Positions 10,169 to 19,162 of a stretch of DNA of 58,213 bases are shown here, piece by piece. This DNA comes from an uncultured Candidatus Cloacimonadota bacterium (lineage in GTDB: Bacteria > Cloacimonadota > Cloacimonadia > Cloacimonadales > Cloacimonadaceae), in NCBI GenBank assembly GCA_964427765.1, contig CAYRVG010000140.1, forward strand, positions 1-58,213, read 5' to 3'. Below the pieces are notes generated by a model, which saw nothing but the letters and a program-made list of their open reading frames with translations, made no database searches and had not been told where the DNA came from. Every line of letters begins with the position of its first letter. The first letter of the stretch is position 1. The translations under genes were made by a program, and so were the position numbers.

Positions 10169-10253
10169 GCTCAATGAAATATGCACACTTGATTAGGAGC
10201 AATATTGATTGCTATATGATGGACCGTGGAATAAAGAATGAGAAAAATGCCAT

Positions 10254-11309
10254 ATGACAAACACGCCACATAAATATATCCGGATCAAGAAGCGAATCAA
10301 AGAAATGATCAAAAACGGTTCGCTGGTTGACAAGATCCCTGGGGAAAGGGTTCTGGCCAGGGAACTTGACGTTTCATACATGACATTGCGCAAGGCCGTC
10401 GCGGAGCTGGTGGAAGAGGGTCTTCTTTACAAGGTCAGCACCAAGGGCACGTTTGTCGGCCATAAGAAAAACAACTCCAGGATCACGAACAACATCGGTT
10501 TCTTTTTGGATGAAAGTATCAATGAAGGAATTTCGAGTCCCTATTATTCGCTTGTCTTTAGATCATTGGAGGAAGAAGCCGCCCACATAGGATACAACAT
10601 TTTGTTCTTCTCGGATTTTGACGACCTCAATCCTCTGAAGAACAAGAAAAAAGTTGATGGGGTGATAATCTGCTGCTTTCCCCGCATAGAGGACAAAATC
10701 CAAGAAATAAAGAATTACGTGCCCATTGTCCTGCTGGATAATCTTGCTGCGGATAAATCCATACCCTCGGTCACGATCGACAATTTTAACAGCTGCAGCA
10801 ATTCCACCGGGTATTTGTTGTCAATGGGCCACAGGCGCATTGGCTTTGTCTCGGGACTCCTTGATTCCGATGTCTGCAAGGACAGGCTGCTTGGTTATAA
10901 TAATGCCCTAACGAGATTTGGGATCAAAAATGACAAAGAGTTGGTGTTCAGGGGGGATTATTCCTGTGAATCAGGGGAAAGAGCCGGAAAATATTTCGTG
11001 TCCCTGTCCGATCCCCCCTCAGCGATCGTTTGCGCGAACGATTCAATGGCCATTGGCGCCATGAAAGTCATCCGGGAAAGTGGCTTCAGAATTCCTGAGG
11101 ATATCAGCATCATTGGCTTTGACGATATTCTGCTGGCATCCAGAGTGTTTCCAGCCCTCACCACCAATGCCGCCCCCATAGAGGAAATGGCCAGAAAAAC
11201 AGTGGAAATACTCCGAAAAGAGATGAACGGAGGTAATACGGATTACCTGCACGTGATACTTGAGGCAAAACTCATCAAACGGGATTCCTGTTCTCCTTTT
11301 CCAGGTTAA
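10254..11309 (+). CDS. GntR-HTH / LacI-type sugar-binding hybrid repressor (AraR-like)
   Basis: N-terminal IPGERVLARELDVSYMTLRKA...KGTFV; C-terminal GHRRIG, ANDSMAIG, PEDISIIGFDD and LTT motifs. Confidence 0.92.
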   Translation: MTNTPHKYIRIKKRIKEMIKNGSLVDKIPGERVLARELDVSYMTLRKAVAELVEEGLLYKVSTKGTFVGHKKNNSRITNNIGFFLDESINEGISSPYYSLVFRSLEEEAAHIGYNILFFSDFDDLNPLKNKKKVDGVIICCFPRIEDKIQEIKNYVPIVLLDNLAADKSIPSVTIDNFNSCSNSTGYLLSMGHRRIGFVSGLLDSDVCKDRLLGYNNALTRFGIKNDKELVFRGDYSCESGERAGKYFVSLSDPPSAIVCANDSMAIGAMKVIRESGFRIPEDISIIGFDDILLASRVFPALTTNAAPIEEMARKTVEILRKEMNGGNTDYLHVILEAKLIKRDSCSPFPG

Positions 11310-11374
11310 TCAACTCAAAGATACCATAGGTTATTGTTTGAAAGCCTCACTCCAACTCACCTTACCGCCAGCCA

Positions 11375-11531
11375 AAAAAATCCTTGACATAAAAATCCCC
11401 TGACCAGATATTGCTCTATAGCAGTAAATTTAACTTTAAGCTTCAAAGGGCTGATTTACAGCTTCTTTTTGAAAGGAAGGTTTGAATGGCAAGTAAGACG
11501 CTAAGTGTGATCTTTATGACGGTGGTGTTGT
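11375..11531 (+). repeat. Copy B of the duplicated cassette: TTGACA promoter, operator TGCTCTATAGCA, RBS and signal-peptide start
   Basis: TTGACA at 11384-11389, operator at 11412-11423, GAAAGGAAGG RBS, MASKTLSVIFM start shared with 7760-9946. Confidence 0.9.
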
Positions 11532-14500
11532 TTTTGGTGCTGGCTGCGGATTGTTTTGCTGAAGCACCTTACACAGTAACAACTTATCAGGATGCTGAGG
11601 GTTGGAAGCTGAAGGTGGATGGCGAGGATTACTTTGTGAAGGGGGTTGTATGGGCCTATACCCCGATCGGTGAGAACTACGGCTACAACCTGTGGGGAAA
11701 CCCGGATGAATTTATCATGAAGGTCCTCGATTATGAATGCGGGCTGATGAAGCAGGCGGGGATAAACACCATCCGCAGCTTCGGGATCATCCCCCCCAAG
11801 TGGATCACCTACATGTACCGGGAGCATGGGATCATGTCCATCGTGAACCATCTCATGGGCAGATACGGTTACAACGTTGGCGGGGCCTGGATCCCGCAGA
11901 CAAATTACGCTGACCCGCTCACCCGGAAAACCCTGAAGCGTGACATCGTCAGTCTCGTGCAGCAATACAGGGAGGTACCCGGCGTATTGATGTTCGCTCT
12001 CGGTAATGAAAACAACTACGGGTTGGAGTGGTCCAGCTTCGAGATCGAAAACCTGCCCGTGGGGGAACAGCACCGGGAAAAAGCCAGATTCCTCTACAGC
12101 CTGTATGAGGAGATCGTCGCGGAGGGCAAAAAGGTCGCTCCCCATCATCTCTTCATCATTGTCAACGGCGATATCCAGTATCTCGATCTAATCGCGGAGC
12201 AGTGCAAGTCCATTGATCTTCTGGGAGTCAATGCCTACAGGGGCATCAGTTTCACAGATATGTGGGCCAGGGTGGACAAAGAACTCGGGCTCCCCGTCAT
12301 GCTTACGGAATTTGGCAGTGACGCCTTCAATGCCCTGGAGCACAGGGAAGATCAGGCGGGACAGGCTTACATCGTCAAGGGCAATTGGCAGGAGATCTAC
12401 AATAAAAGTTATGGCAAGGGGGAAGAGGGAAACGCCGTGGGGGGAACTCTGTTCGAATGGCGTGACGAATGGTGGAAATATCTGCAGGAGGAAAAACTCT
12501 ATGAACATGACACTCATGCCTCCTGGAGCAATGGCGGATATTCCTTTGATTTTGTGGAGGGTGTCAATAACATGAACGAGGAATGGTTCGGGATCTGCCG
12601 CCTGGGCCAACCCAACGACGACGGTATCTATGTGGCCGAACCGAGGCTGGCCTATGACGTGTTGGCCAGGATCTGGAGTGTGGATCCTTACGCGATAAAC
12701 AAAGCCCAAATGAACGACATATTCGCTGCCATCGACATGGATCTGCTCAATCTGGCAGCGGAGGTCCGGCTGCTCCAAACCGAAAAAAAGAAAAACGACG
12801 CGATCCGCCTGAGCGGTGGAAGCCTCAGGGGTGACCTGGTTTTTAATGGTTTGTCGGCAGAGGTCGAAAACAACGGCAAGAACGGTCTGGATTTTTCCCA
12901 TGGCGAGATGTTGTTCCTGGATTTCGAATTCAATCCGATAAGCAGGATAAAAGGCGATTTCACCCTGAACATCCTGGGCAATGTTGTGGATAAACAACTC
13001 GATGAATATTACGGTAAACGCGGCCAAACCTACGTGACCGTGATCTCTGAACTCAACGGGAACGGGCTGGAGGTAAACACCACCAAGGAGGTAAATGATT
13101 CCGAACGCCTGGAGATATATGATTTCCAAGCCTCTTACAATACGGATCATTTCGACCTCACCGCCTTCTATCATGTTCCCCGGTATCATTGGGGCTATGA
13201 GGGTGATTTCTTCGGCCTGATGTACGAAGCCACCGATATGGAGGGTATGGATATCTGGAATGCCAAGGCACCCTATGGCCTGGAATTCACAGGAAAGAAA
13301 TTCCTGCCCGGACTCACGCTGGTCACTGGTCCCGAAGTGTATTGGGGGGCCAATCCCAAGGCCATGGTCAAATACGATTTTGCCATCAACAAATTCAAAT
13401 ACACGCTCATTCACGCCGAGGACTTTGCCCGGGCCGAAGCCTCAGCCACTGCCACGGAAGCCACGTCCCGCGCCACCCGCCAGACGGCTTTGAGCATGGA
13501 GACCAAGATCATCCCGCGCGCCAAACTGGAGCTCGGCTATCTTTTCGCCGGCAGTGAAAAACTCGATGATGTATTCTACTATTATGAAGACGGCAACGTT
13601 TACCAGGATAAAATCGAATTGCTGGACACCCAGGGCGCGAAGGCCAAGATCACCGTGGACGCCTTTGGGGGCAGCAAGATCGACGCGGCTGTCAATTTTG
13701 CCGGCCTGGTGGCTGATGGCGGCAATCCCCTGCGGGAATTCAACACCACAATGCCCTACTCGTCTTTGGGCAACAAGCTGGAGTTCGAAGGGGGAATGCT
13801 GGTTCCGGTTGGGAATTTATGGCTGCTACCCCGGGTTTTGTACAGGGAAAACCTCATCGACTCCAATCCCAGCATCGAGCCTTCAATTGACGGCACAGAC
13901 CTCTTTCCGGGTTTGACCCCCCGCAACCGGGACAAGGATCCCTTTGCTGTGCTGGACAACAGGCAGGCGCTTTCCGGAGAATTCTTCATCACCTATGACC
14001 CCACCCCGGCCAGCTTTTTCTATGCCTGGGACAGCGATAAACGGGAAGATGCCGGTTTCGCTTTCAGCGTCGGGGGCAATTTCACCCGCTATGAGACCGT
14101 GACTGACGCCCATCTGTTCTACTATCAGGAAGGCAAGACCAACGCGCCCTTTGGCAGTGGATTACCCGCCGAGGATGTCTGGCTGGCAAAAGGCCGCTTT
14201 ATCTTCAATCCCAACCCCCGGCTGAAAGTTATCGCCAATATCGAGGGCGGGAAACAGCAGGCATCAGGCAATCCCGACGGGGATCCGCCCCAGTACATTT
14301 CCCTGGCCACCGATCTGGTTATCGCCAAAAAACATTACATCTCGACCTATGCCAAAAAAGATGCCTGGGGCCCACTGGACTGGTACCGCCAGTTCAACAT
14401 CACCTTCCCCTACCAGTTCATGCTGGATTACTCAGTGTTGATCGATAATATCCTGGACAAGACGATCTCCAGCCGGCTTGGATTCAGATCCCTGTTCAGA

Positions 14501-14593
14501 ACCCTTGATGCAAACTCGCCCGTCAATGAAGGCGAAGCTGAACCCAGTGACTACCAGTTTCAAACGGGCATTTATCTCAGACATGAATTTTAA
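11486..14593 (+). CDS. Clan-A TIM-barrel glycoside hydrolase (GH2/GH158-like) fused to a probable outer-membrane beta-barrel
   Basis: Signal peptide; GINTIR, LGNENN, TEFG and FEWRDEWWK motifs; helical linker; ~600 aa of amphipathic strands ending in GIYLRHEF (terminal Phe). Confidence 0.75.
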   Translation: MASKTLSVIFMTVVLFLVLAADCFAEAPYTVTTYQDAEGWKLKVDGEDYFVKGVVWAYTPIGENYGYNLWGNPDEFIMKVLDYECGLMKQAGINTIRSFGIIPPKWITYMYREHGIMSIVNHLMGRYGYNVGGAWIPQTNYADPLTRKTLKRDIVSLVQQYREVPGVLMFALGNENNYGLEWSSFEIENLPVGEQHREKARFLYSLYEEIVAEGKKVAPHHLFIIVNGDIQYLDLIAEQCKSIDLLGVNAYRGISFTDMWARVDKELGLPVMLTEFGSDAFNALEHREDQAGQAYIVKGNWQEIYNKSYGKGEEGNAVGGTLFEWRDEWWKYLQEEKLYEHDTHASWSNGGYSFDFVEGVNNMNEEWFGICRLGQPNDDGIYVAEPRLAYDVLARIWSVDPYAINKAQMNDIFAAIDMDLLNLAAEVRLLQTEKKKNDAIRLSGGSLRGDLVFNGLSAEVENNGKNGLDFSHGEMLFLDFEFNPISRIKGDFTLNILGNVVDKQLDEYYGKRGQTYVTVISELNGNGLEVNTTKEVNDSERLEIYDFQASYNTDHFDLTAFYHVPRYHWGYEGDFFGLMYEATDMEGMDIWNAKAPYGLEFTGKKFLPGLTLVTGPEVYWGANPKAMVKYDFAINKFKYTLIHAEDFARAEASATATEATSRATRQTALSMETKIIPRAKLELGYLFAGSEKLDDVFYYYEDGNVYQDKIELLDTQGAKAKITVDAFGGSKIDAAVNFAGLVADGGNPLREFNTTMPYSSLGNKLEFEGGMLVPVGNLWLLPRVLYRENLIDSNPSIEPSIDGTDLFPGLTPRNRDKDPFAVLDNRQALSGEFFITYDPTPASFFYAWDSDKREDAGFAFSVGGNFTRYETVTDAHLFYYQEGKTNAPFGSGLPAEDVWLAKGRFIFNPNPRLKVIANIEGGKQQASGNPDGDPPQYISLATDLVIAKKHYISTYAKKDAWGPLDWYRQFNITFPYQFMLDYSVLIDNILDKTISSRLGFRSLFRTLDANSPVNEGEAEPSDYQFQTGIYLRHEF

Positions 14594-14605
14594 TGGGAGG
14601 AAATC

Positions 14606-15226
14606 GTGAAGAAAATATCGATACTAATTATCCTGAGCCTGGTGCTGATCCTCATCGCGGGCTGTGACCGCAGAACCGGCTACATTTTCAATGTGGTGGA
14701 CCTGCCCACGGATAACATCCTTGATCTGTACAGCGCCAATGAAGGAATACATCCGGACCAAAGCGTTCTGGAGGATCCCGCCAATCCTTTTGCCGACGCG
14801 AATCTCAATATGGAGAATGTCTGGGATCTGACTGATGAATGTCCCTCGCCAAAAGCAAGATTCTATTTGTGGGCGACCATATTGGCCAATATTCCCATCG
14901 GCGAATATCAGTATTTCACCGCCAAATCCCTGCATGAATTATACACGGTTGGCGGCAGTGAGAACGCCCGCCAGCAGGCAATAAAAGCTTATCGCGCCAC
15001 ACTGGACCACTTTTTCGATTCCGCGACCTGGTGGCTGGCGGATTGGATCGTGGAGGAAACATATTACGCTGTCCTGCTCAGGAACATGGTGGGGGAAAGC
15101 CTCTATGACCCCTCCGAAATGAACCTCCTGCCCCTTTATAGCGATCCCGTGCTTGCCCTGGCAGACCTCAGCAAATGGGGATATGTGTATGATATCGAAA
15201 CGGGAACGGTATCCAGAAGGGACTAA
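14606..15226 (+). CDS. Helical lipoprotein of unknown function
   Basis: GTG start with GGAGG RBS; lipobox LIAGC; lies 12 nt after the GH-barrel gene. Confidence 0.8.
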   Translation: MKKISILIILSLVLILIAGCDRRTGYIFNVVDLPTDNILDLYSANEGIHPDQSVLEDPANPFADANLNMENVWDLTDECPSPKARFYLWATILANIPIGEYQYFTAKSLHELYTVGGSENARQQAIKAYRATLDHFFDSATWWLADWIVEETYYAVLLRNMVGESLYDPSEMNLLPLYSDPVLALADLSKWGYVYDIETGTVSRRD

Positions 15227-15254
15227 GATAAACTATCACAGAAAGTTCCATGAT

Positions 15255-15300
15255 AGCAAAGCCCGGTTGGCAAAGAAGGTCAACCGGGCTTTGCTTATTT
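15255..15300 (+). terminator. Rho-independent terminator
   Basis: 15-bp stem AGCAAAGCCCGGTTG / CAACCGGGCTTTGCT followed by TATTTT. Confidence 0.75.
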
Positions 15301-15340
15301 TGCTGCAGACACCTGCATGGTGTTTGCGAAGGAGGCTCAA

Positions 15341-15541
15341 TTGCAGACCAAGTGGATACACACGTTTGATCCCATGATATCCTGCCCATATTCAGCTAAC
15401 CCACCTCAAACCCACAACCGCCTGAGTTCCCGCCTGGCTGGCAGGTACTCAGGCGGTTGTGAGTTGGTTGCCAGGCAATCAGGCATAAGGGGGATTTGGG
15501 CATGCTTGCCTATCCGTTTGCAAGAGAGCCTTAAAGGATAA
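15341..15541 (+). CDS. Putative leader peptide (uORF copy A, 66 aa)
   Basis: GGAGG, 5 nt, then TTG start; homologous in frame to 57760-57966; stop codon 3 nt before the GH16 ATG. Confidence 0.5.
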   Translation: MQTKWIHTFDPMISCPYSANPPQTHNRLSSRLAGRYSGGCELVARQSGIRGIWACLPIRLQESLKG

Positions 15542-15544
15542 CTT

Positions 15545-17356
15545 ATGAAACCATCCGTCAAAGAACTTGTTTACACCTCTCTCCTGCTGATCATGTTCAT
15601 GTCCGCAGGCTCCTTGACCGCTCAGATCGGAGAACTGATCTGGGCGGAGGACTTCGACGATCTCGATAACTGGATCATTGAAACCGGTAACGGTTCCTGG
15701 GGCTGGGGTAATGGAGAACTGGAATTTTACCAGGCAGCCAATGTTTCGATCTCCGAGATCACCGGCGAACCGGGAAATAATGCCCTCCACATCACTGCCA
15801 GACAGGAAACCGGGCCAAACATCGTCGATCAATGGGGAAATCCCCTTTCTTACACTTCGGGCAGGATAAACACCAAATCCAAGGTCTCGCTAAAGTATGG
15901 CATGATCGAGACCAGGGTCCGTGTGCCAAACATCGACCTGGGCGGCTGGCCCGCGGTCTGGATGCTGGGAACGGCAAACTATGCCTGGCCCCGCAAGGGT
16001 GAGATCGATCTCATGGAAATGGGGTTCACCGAAGCTTTCAGGGATCTGCACGATGACCATAACGGCGGAAACGGCCTGGATAACTCTACTGTAAACCAGA
16101 TGGTCGGGGCCAATGCCATTTTCTATTCCGATGACGCCGTCGACCCCGACAATCCTTCCGGCGCGGCCAGTCTGGCTTGGGACCCCGATGACGATTTTTG
16201 CCGCCCCTATTACAATTACGATCCTTCCCTGATCGACCGATTTCTTATCTACCGTACCTACTGGGATGCGAACAGCCTTCGATTTACCGTGACCGATTAT
16301 GACCTTGAGCGTGACCTTTTCACCGTGCCCTTTGCCATAGACAGCGTTTCCGCGGAATTCCAACAACCTTTTTATCTGATCGCCAACCTGGCGATCGGCG
16401 GTGCCTTTACGGATGCCTGGAATCTGGGAGACCCCGGCAGTGGGCAGCCCGTATCCATGCCTTTTCCCGCGGACATGTACATCGATTACATAAAAGTCTG
16501 GCGGTGGAACGGGCAGGGCGAAGTTCATCAGGGTCCGCCGGATTTTGAAAGCGGAACTTATGGCATATTTACCGATGAAACACCCACCGATAACGGTTTG
16601 GAAGCAGGCCTGGATGCCGAGATCTATGTGTGGGAAGGCACCCTTGCCCCCGGTTCGATCCCTCCCTACGAGGGTGATAACGGCATATCCTGGATAACCA
16701 CCGGCCTGGGCTGGTTCGGCGCCGGGATTATGTCCATCCAGCCGGTCAACCTGTTCAATTTTGGCGATGGAGATCTTAAATTCATGATCAAGATCCCCGC
16801 CCATGTCACTTTTAAGATCGGCATCATCGATGCCTGGGGTAATCAAAACTACGTGTCCTTTCCGGCCCACCAGACCACCTATGGCCTGGTCCGGAACGGT
16901 GATTGGGGCCAGGCGGCCATACCCGTGGCCGATCTCCGGGGACTGGATATAGATCTGCGCATGCTCAGCTATGAATTTGTGATCCTGGAAGAACAGGGCA
17001 CCCAGTGTGAATTTGCCCTGGATGACATTTACTGGGAAGGCGGAACCTCGGATGCCAGTGAAGAGGTGACGGTTCCCAGGCCGTTTGAATTGCGGCCCAA
17101 CTATCCCAATCCTTTTAATCCGAGCACCAACATCGGCTATAGTTTGAAGGAAGCCGCGGATGTCCGCCTGGAGATATTCGATCTTCAGGGCCGGAAAGTC
17201 AAGACCCTGATCTCTGGCCGGATGGGGCCTGGCGAGCATTCCACGGTTTGGGACGGCACCGATTCAGCCAACAGGTCCGTGGCCTCTGGAGTGTATTTTT
17301 ACAAACTGGAAACCGGCAGGGGAGCTGAGCTACAAAAATGCGTATTGCTGAAATGA
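15545..17356 (+). CDS. Secreted GH16 laminarinase-like enzyme with CBM-like module and CTD
   Basis: Signal peptide; WPAVWMLG, GEIDLME; module shared with 7760-9946; NYPNPFNP...KCVLLK. Confidence 0.9.
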   Translation: MKPSVKELVYTSLLLIMFMSAGSLTAQIGELIWAEDFDDLDNWIIETGNGSWGWGNGELEFYQAANVSISEITGEPGNNALHITARQETGPNIVDQWGNPLSYTSGRINTKSKVSLKYGMIETRVRVPNIDLGGWPAVWMLGTANYAWPRKGEIDLMEMGFTEAFRDLHDDHNGGNGLDNSTVNQMVGANAIFYSDDAVDPDNPSGAASLAWDPDDDFCRPYYNYDPSLIDRFLIYRTYWDANSLRFTVTDYDLERDLFTVPFAIDSVSAEFQQPFYLIANLAIGGAFTDAWNLGDPGSGQPVSMPFPADMYIDYIKVWRWNGQGEVHQGPPDFESGTYGIFTDETPTDNGLEAGLDAEIYVWEGTLAPGSIPPYEGDNGISWITTGLGWFGAGIMSIQPVNLFNFGDGDLKFMIKIPAHVTFKIGIIDAWGNQNYVSFPAHQTTYGLVRNGDWGQAAIPVADLRGLDIDLRMLSYEFVILEEQGTQCEFALDDIYWEGGTSDASEEVTVPRPFELRPNYPNPFNPSTNIGYSLKEAADVRLEIFDLQGRKVKTLISGRMGPGEHSTVWDGTDSANRSVASGVYFYKLETGRGAELQKCVLLK

Positions 17357-19146
17357 TGGATAAGGCTAGCTTGAGGATCGCATTATTGCTCCTCCTGATG
17401 CTGCTCTTCGCCCCGGGATTACAAGCCCGGGCGGTAGCGGTGGAGGTGGTCCAGACCGCCGAGGGAAACTGGCAGCTTCTGCGTGGGGGGCAGCCCTACT
17501 ACATCATGGGGGCTGGTGGCGAAGGATCAAAGGAATTGTTGGCAGCCTCCGGGGCAAACACCTTCCGCACCTGGGGCGTGGAACCCGGCCTGGGAGAGCA
17601 GCTTGACCGGGCTCATTCGCTCGGTTTGGCGGTGATCGTTGGTCATTGGCTGGGCCACGAAAGGCATGGCTTTGATTATCGTGATGAAATGATGGTGGCA
17701 GATCAGATCGCCCGGGTACGCAGGGATGTGCTCGCCTACAAAGACCATCCCGCTGTGCTGATCTGGGGCCTCGGCAATGAAATAGAGGGAATCGGCGCGG
17801 GAGACGATCCCGCGATCTGGAACCACATCCAGGATTTGGCTGCCATGGTCAGGGATCTGGACCCCGATCATCCCACCATGGTCGTCACGGCCGATATCGG
17901 CGGCAAAAGGGTGGAATCGGTACATAAATTATGCCCGGATATAGATATCATGGGGATCAACACCTATGGCGGTTTGCCGTCTCTTCCCCAACGCTACAAG
18001 GAACTGGGCGGGACCAAACCCTATGTCGTAACCGAATTCGGTCCTCCCGGGGTTTGGGAGACAGGCCGGATGAAGTTTGGCGTTCCACCCGAATTGACCA
18101 GCACCCAAAAAGCCGGGTTGTATAAAGAGTTCTTCCAAAAGGGTTGCCTGGCGGCTGGGGGTTTGTGCCTGGGCGGATGCGCTTTTCTCTGGGGTTCCAA
18201 ACCAGAAGCCACCGCCACCTGGTTCGGAATGTTGCTTCCCAACGGAGCCAAACTCGCCGCAGTGGATGCCATGACCGAGGTCTGGAGCGGCCAACCGCCC
18301 GCCAACCTCTGCCCGGAGATCAAGGCCTTTCAGCTCGCCGGACCCGATGCCCTGCAGCCCGGCGACACGGCAAGGGTCGATCTGGAGGTTGTTGATCCCG
18401 AAGGCGCTGAGTTGACCGTGCACTGGGCGTTTTGCACCGAAGCTCCGGAATATCTGACTTTTGGCGAAACCTGGTGGCAACCTTTGGAACTTGGCGGAGT
18501 CATCGTCAGTTCTTCGGCCACGGGAGCGGAACTGGTGATGCCCGGTGGAGGCCTGTACCGGCTGTATATGGTGGCATATGATGGATCTGGCGGGGCTGCC
18601 ACAGCCAATGTTCCCTTCAAGGTCGTGGGAGAGCCAGGCCCTGTCCCGCTCAAGCTTCCCCTTGCCGTCTATGCGGACAACTCTCCCCAGCCCTGGGCCC
18701 CTTCCGGTTGGATGGGCGATTACGAAGCCCTCAGCATGTATACCGGATCGCGCATCTCACCCCGCAACGGGGATACTTGCCTGGAATTTCACTATGCACA
18801 ATCCAATTCCTGGGCTGGCGCGGCTTGGCAGGATCCTCCCAATGACTGGGGTGAACTGCCGGGCGGCTATGATCTCACCGGGGCAAAAAAACTGACCTTT
18901 TGGGCGCGGGGCAAAACCGGCGGCGAAGTCGTGAATTTCGGCGTTGGCCTGCTGGGCCCGGAGAAAAAATTTCCGGACACCCTTGCTGCCGAACTGACAG
19001 GCGTGAAATTGACAAAAGATTGGAAGCAATACCGGATCAACCTCAAAGGCAAGGACCTCTCCCGGGTCAAGACGCCTTTCTACTGGTCCATGTCCGGCAG
19101 ACAACATTCACTCACCTTTTATCTGGATGACATCCGGTTTGAATAA
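17353..19146 (+). CDS. Clan-A TIM-barrel GH (GH2/GH158-like) plus Ig-like and CBM11-like domains
   Basis: ATGA overlap with the upstream stop; GANTFRTW, GLGNE, INTYG and TEFGP motifs; C-terminal DLTGAKKLTFWARG..FYLDDIRFE. Confidence 0.8.
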   Translation: MMDKASLRIALLLLLMLLFAPGLQARAVAVEVVQTAEGNWQLLRGGQPYYIMGAGGEGSKELLAASGANTFRTWGVEPGLGEQLDRAHSLGLAVIVGHWLGHERHGFDYRDEMMVADQIARVRRDVLAYKDHPAVLIWGLGNEIEGIGAGDDPAIWNHIQDLAAMVRDLDPDHPTMVVTADIGGKRVESVHKLCPDIDIMGINTYGGLPSLPQRYKELGGTKPYVVTEFGPPGVWETGRMKFGVPPELTSTQKAGLYKEFFQKGCLAAGGLCLGGCAFLWGSKPEATATWFGMLLPNGAKLAAVDAMTEVWSGQPPANLCPEIKAFQLAGPDALQPGDTARVDLEVVDPEGAELTVHWAFCTEAPEYLTFGETWWQPLELGGVIVSSSATGAELVMPGGGLYRLYMVAYDGSGGAATANVPFKVVGEPGPVPLKLPLAVYADNSPQPWAPSGWMGDYEALSMYTGSRISPRNGDTCLEFHYAQSNSWAGAAWQDPPNDWGELPGGYDLTGAKKLTFWARGKTGGEVVNFGVGLLGPEKKFPDTLAAELTGVKLTKDWKQYRINLKGKDLSRVKTPFYWSMSGRQHSLTFYLDDIRFE

Positions 19147-19162
19147 CCATGGGGAGACGCAT

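Noticed and set aside
12188-17239. Long antisense ORFs (e.g. 12188-13414, 15890-17239; likewise 38653-39576 and 53055-54023)
   Set aside because: Shadow frames of well-supported genes, explained by codon bias.
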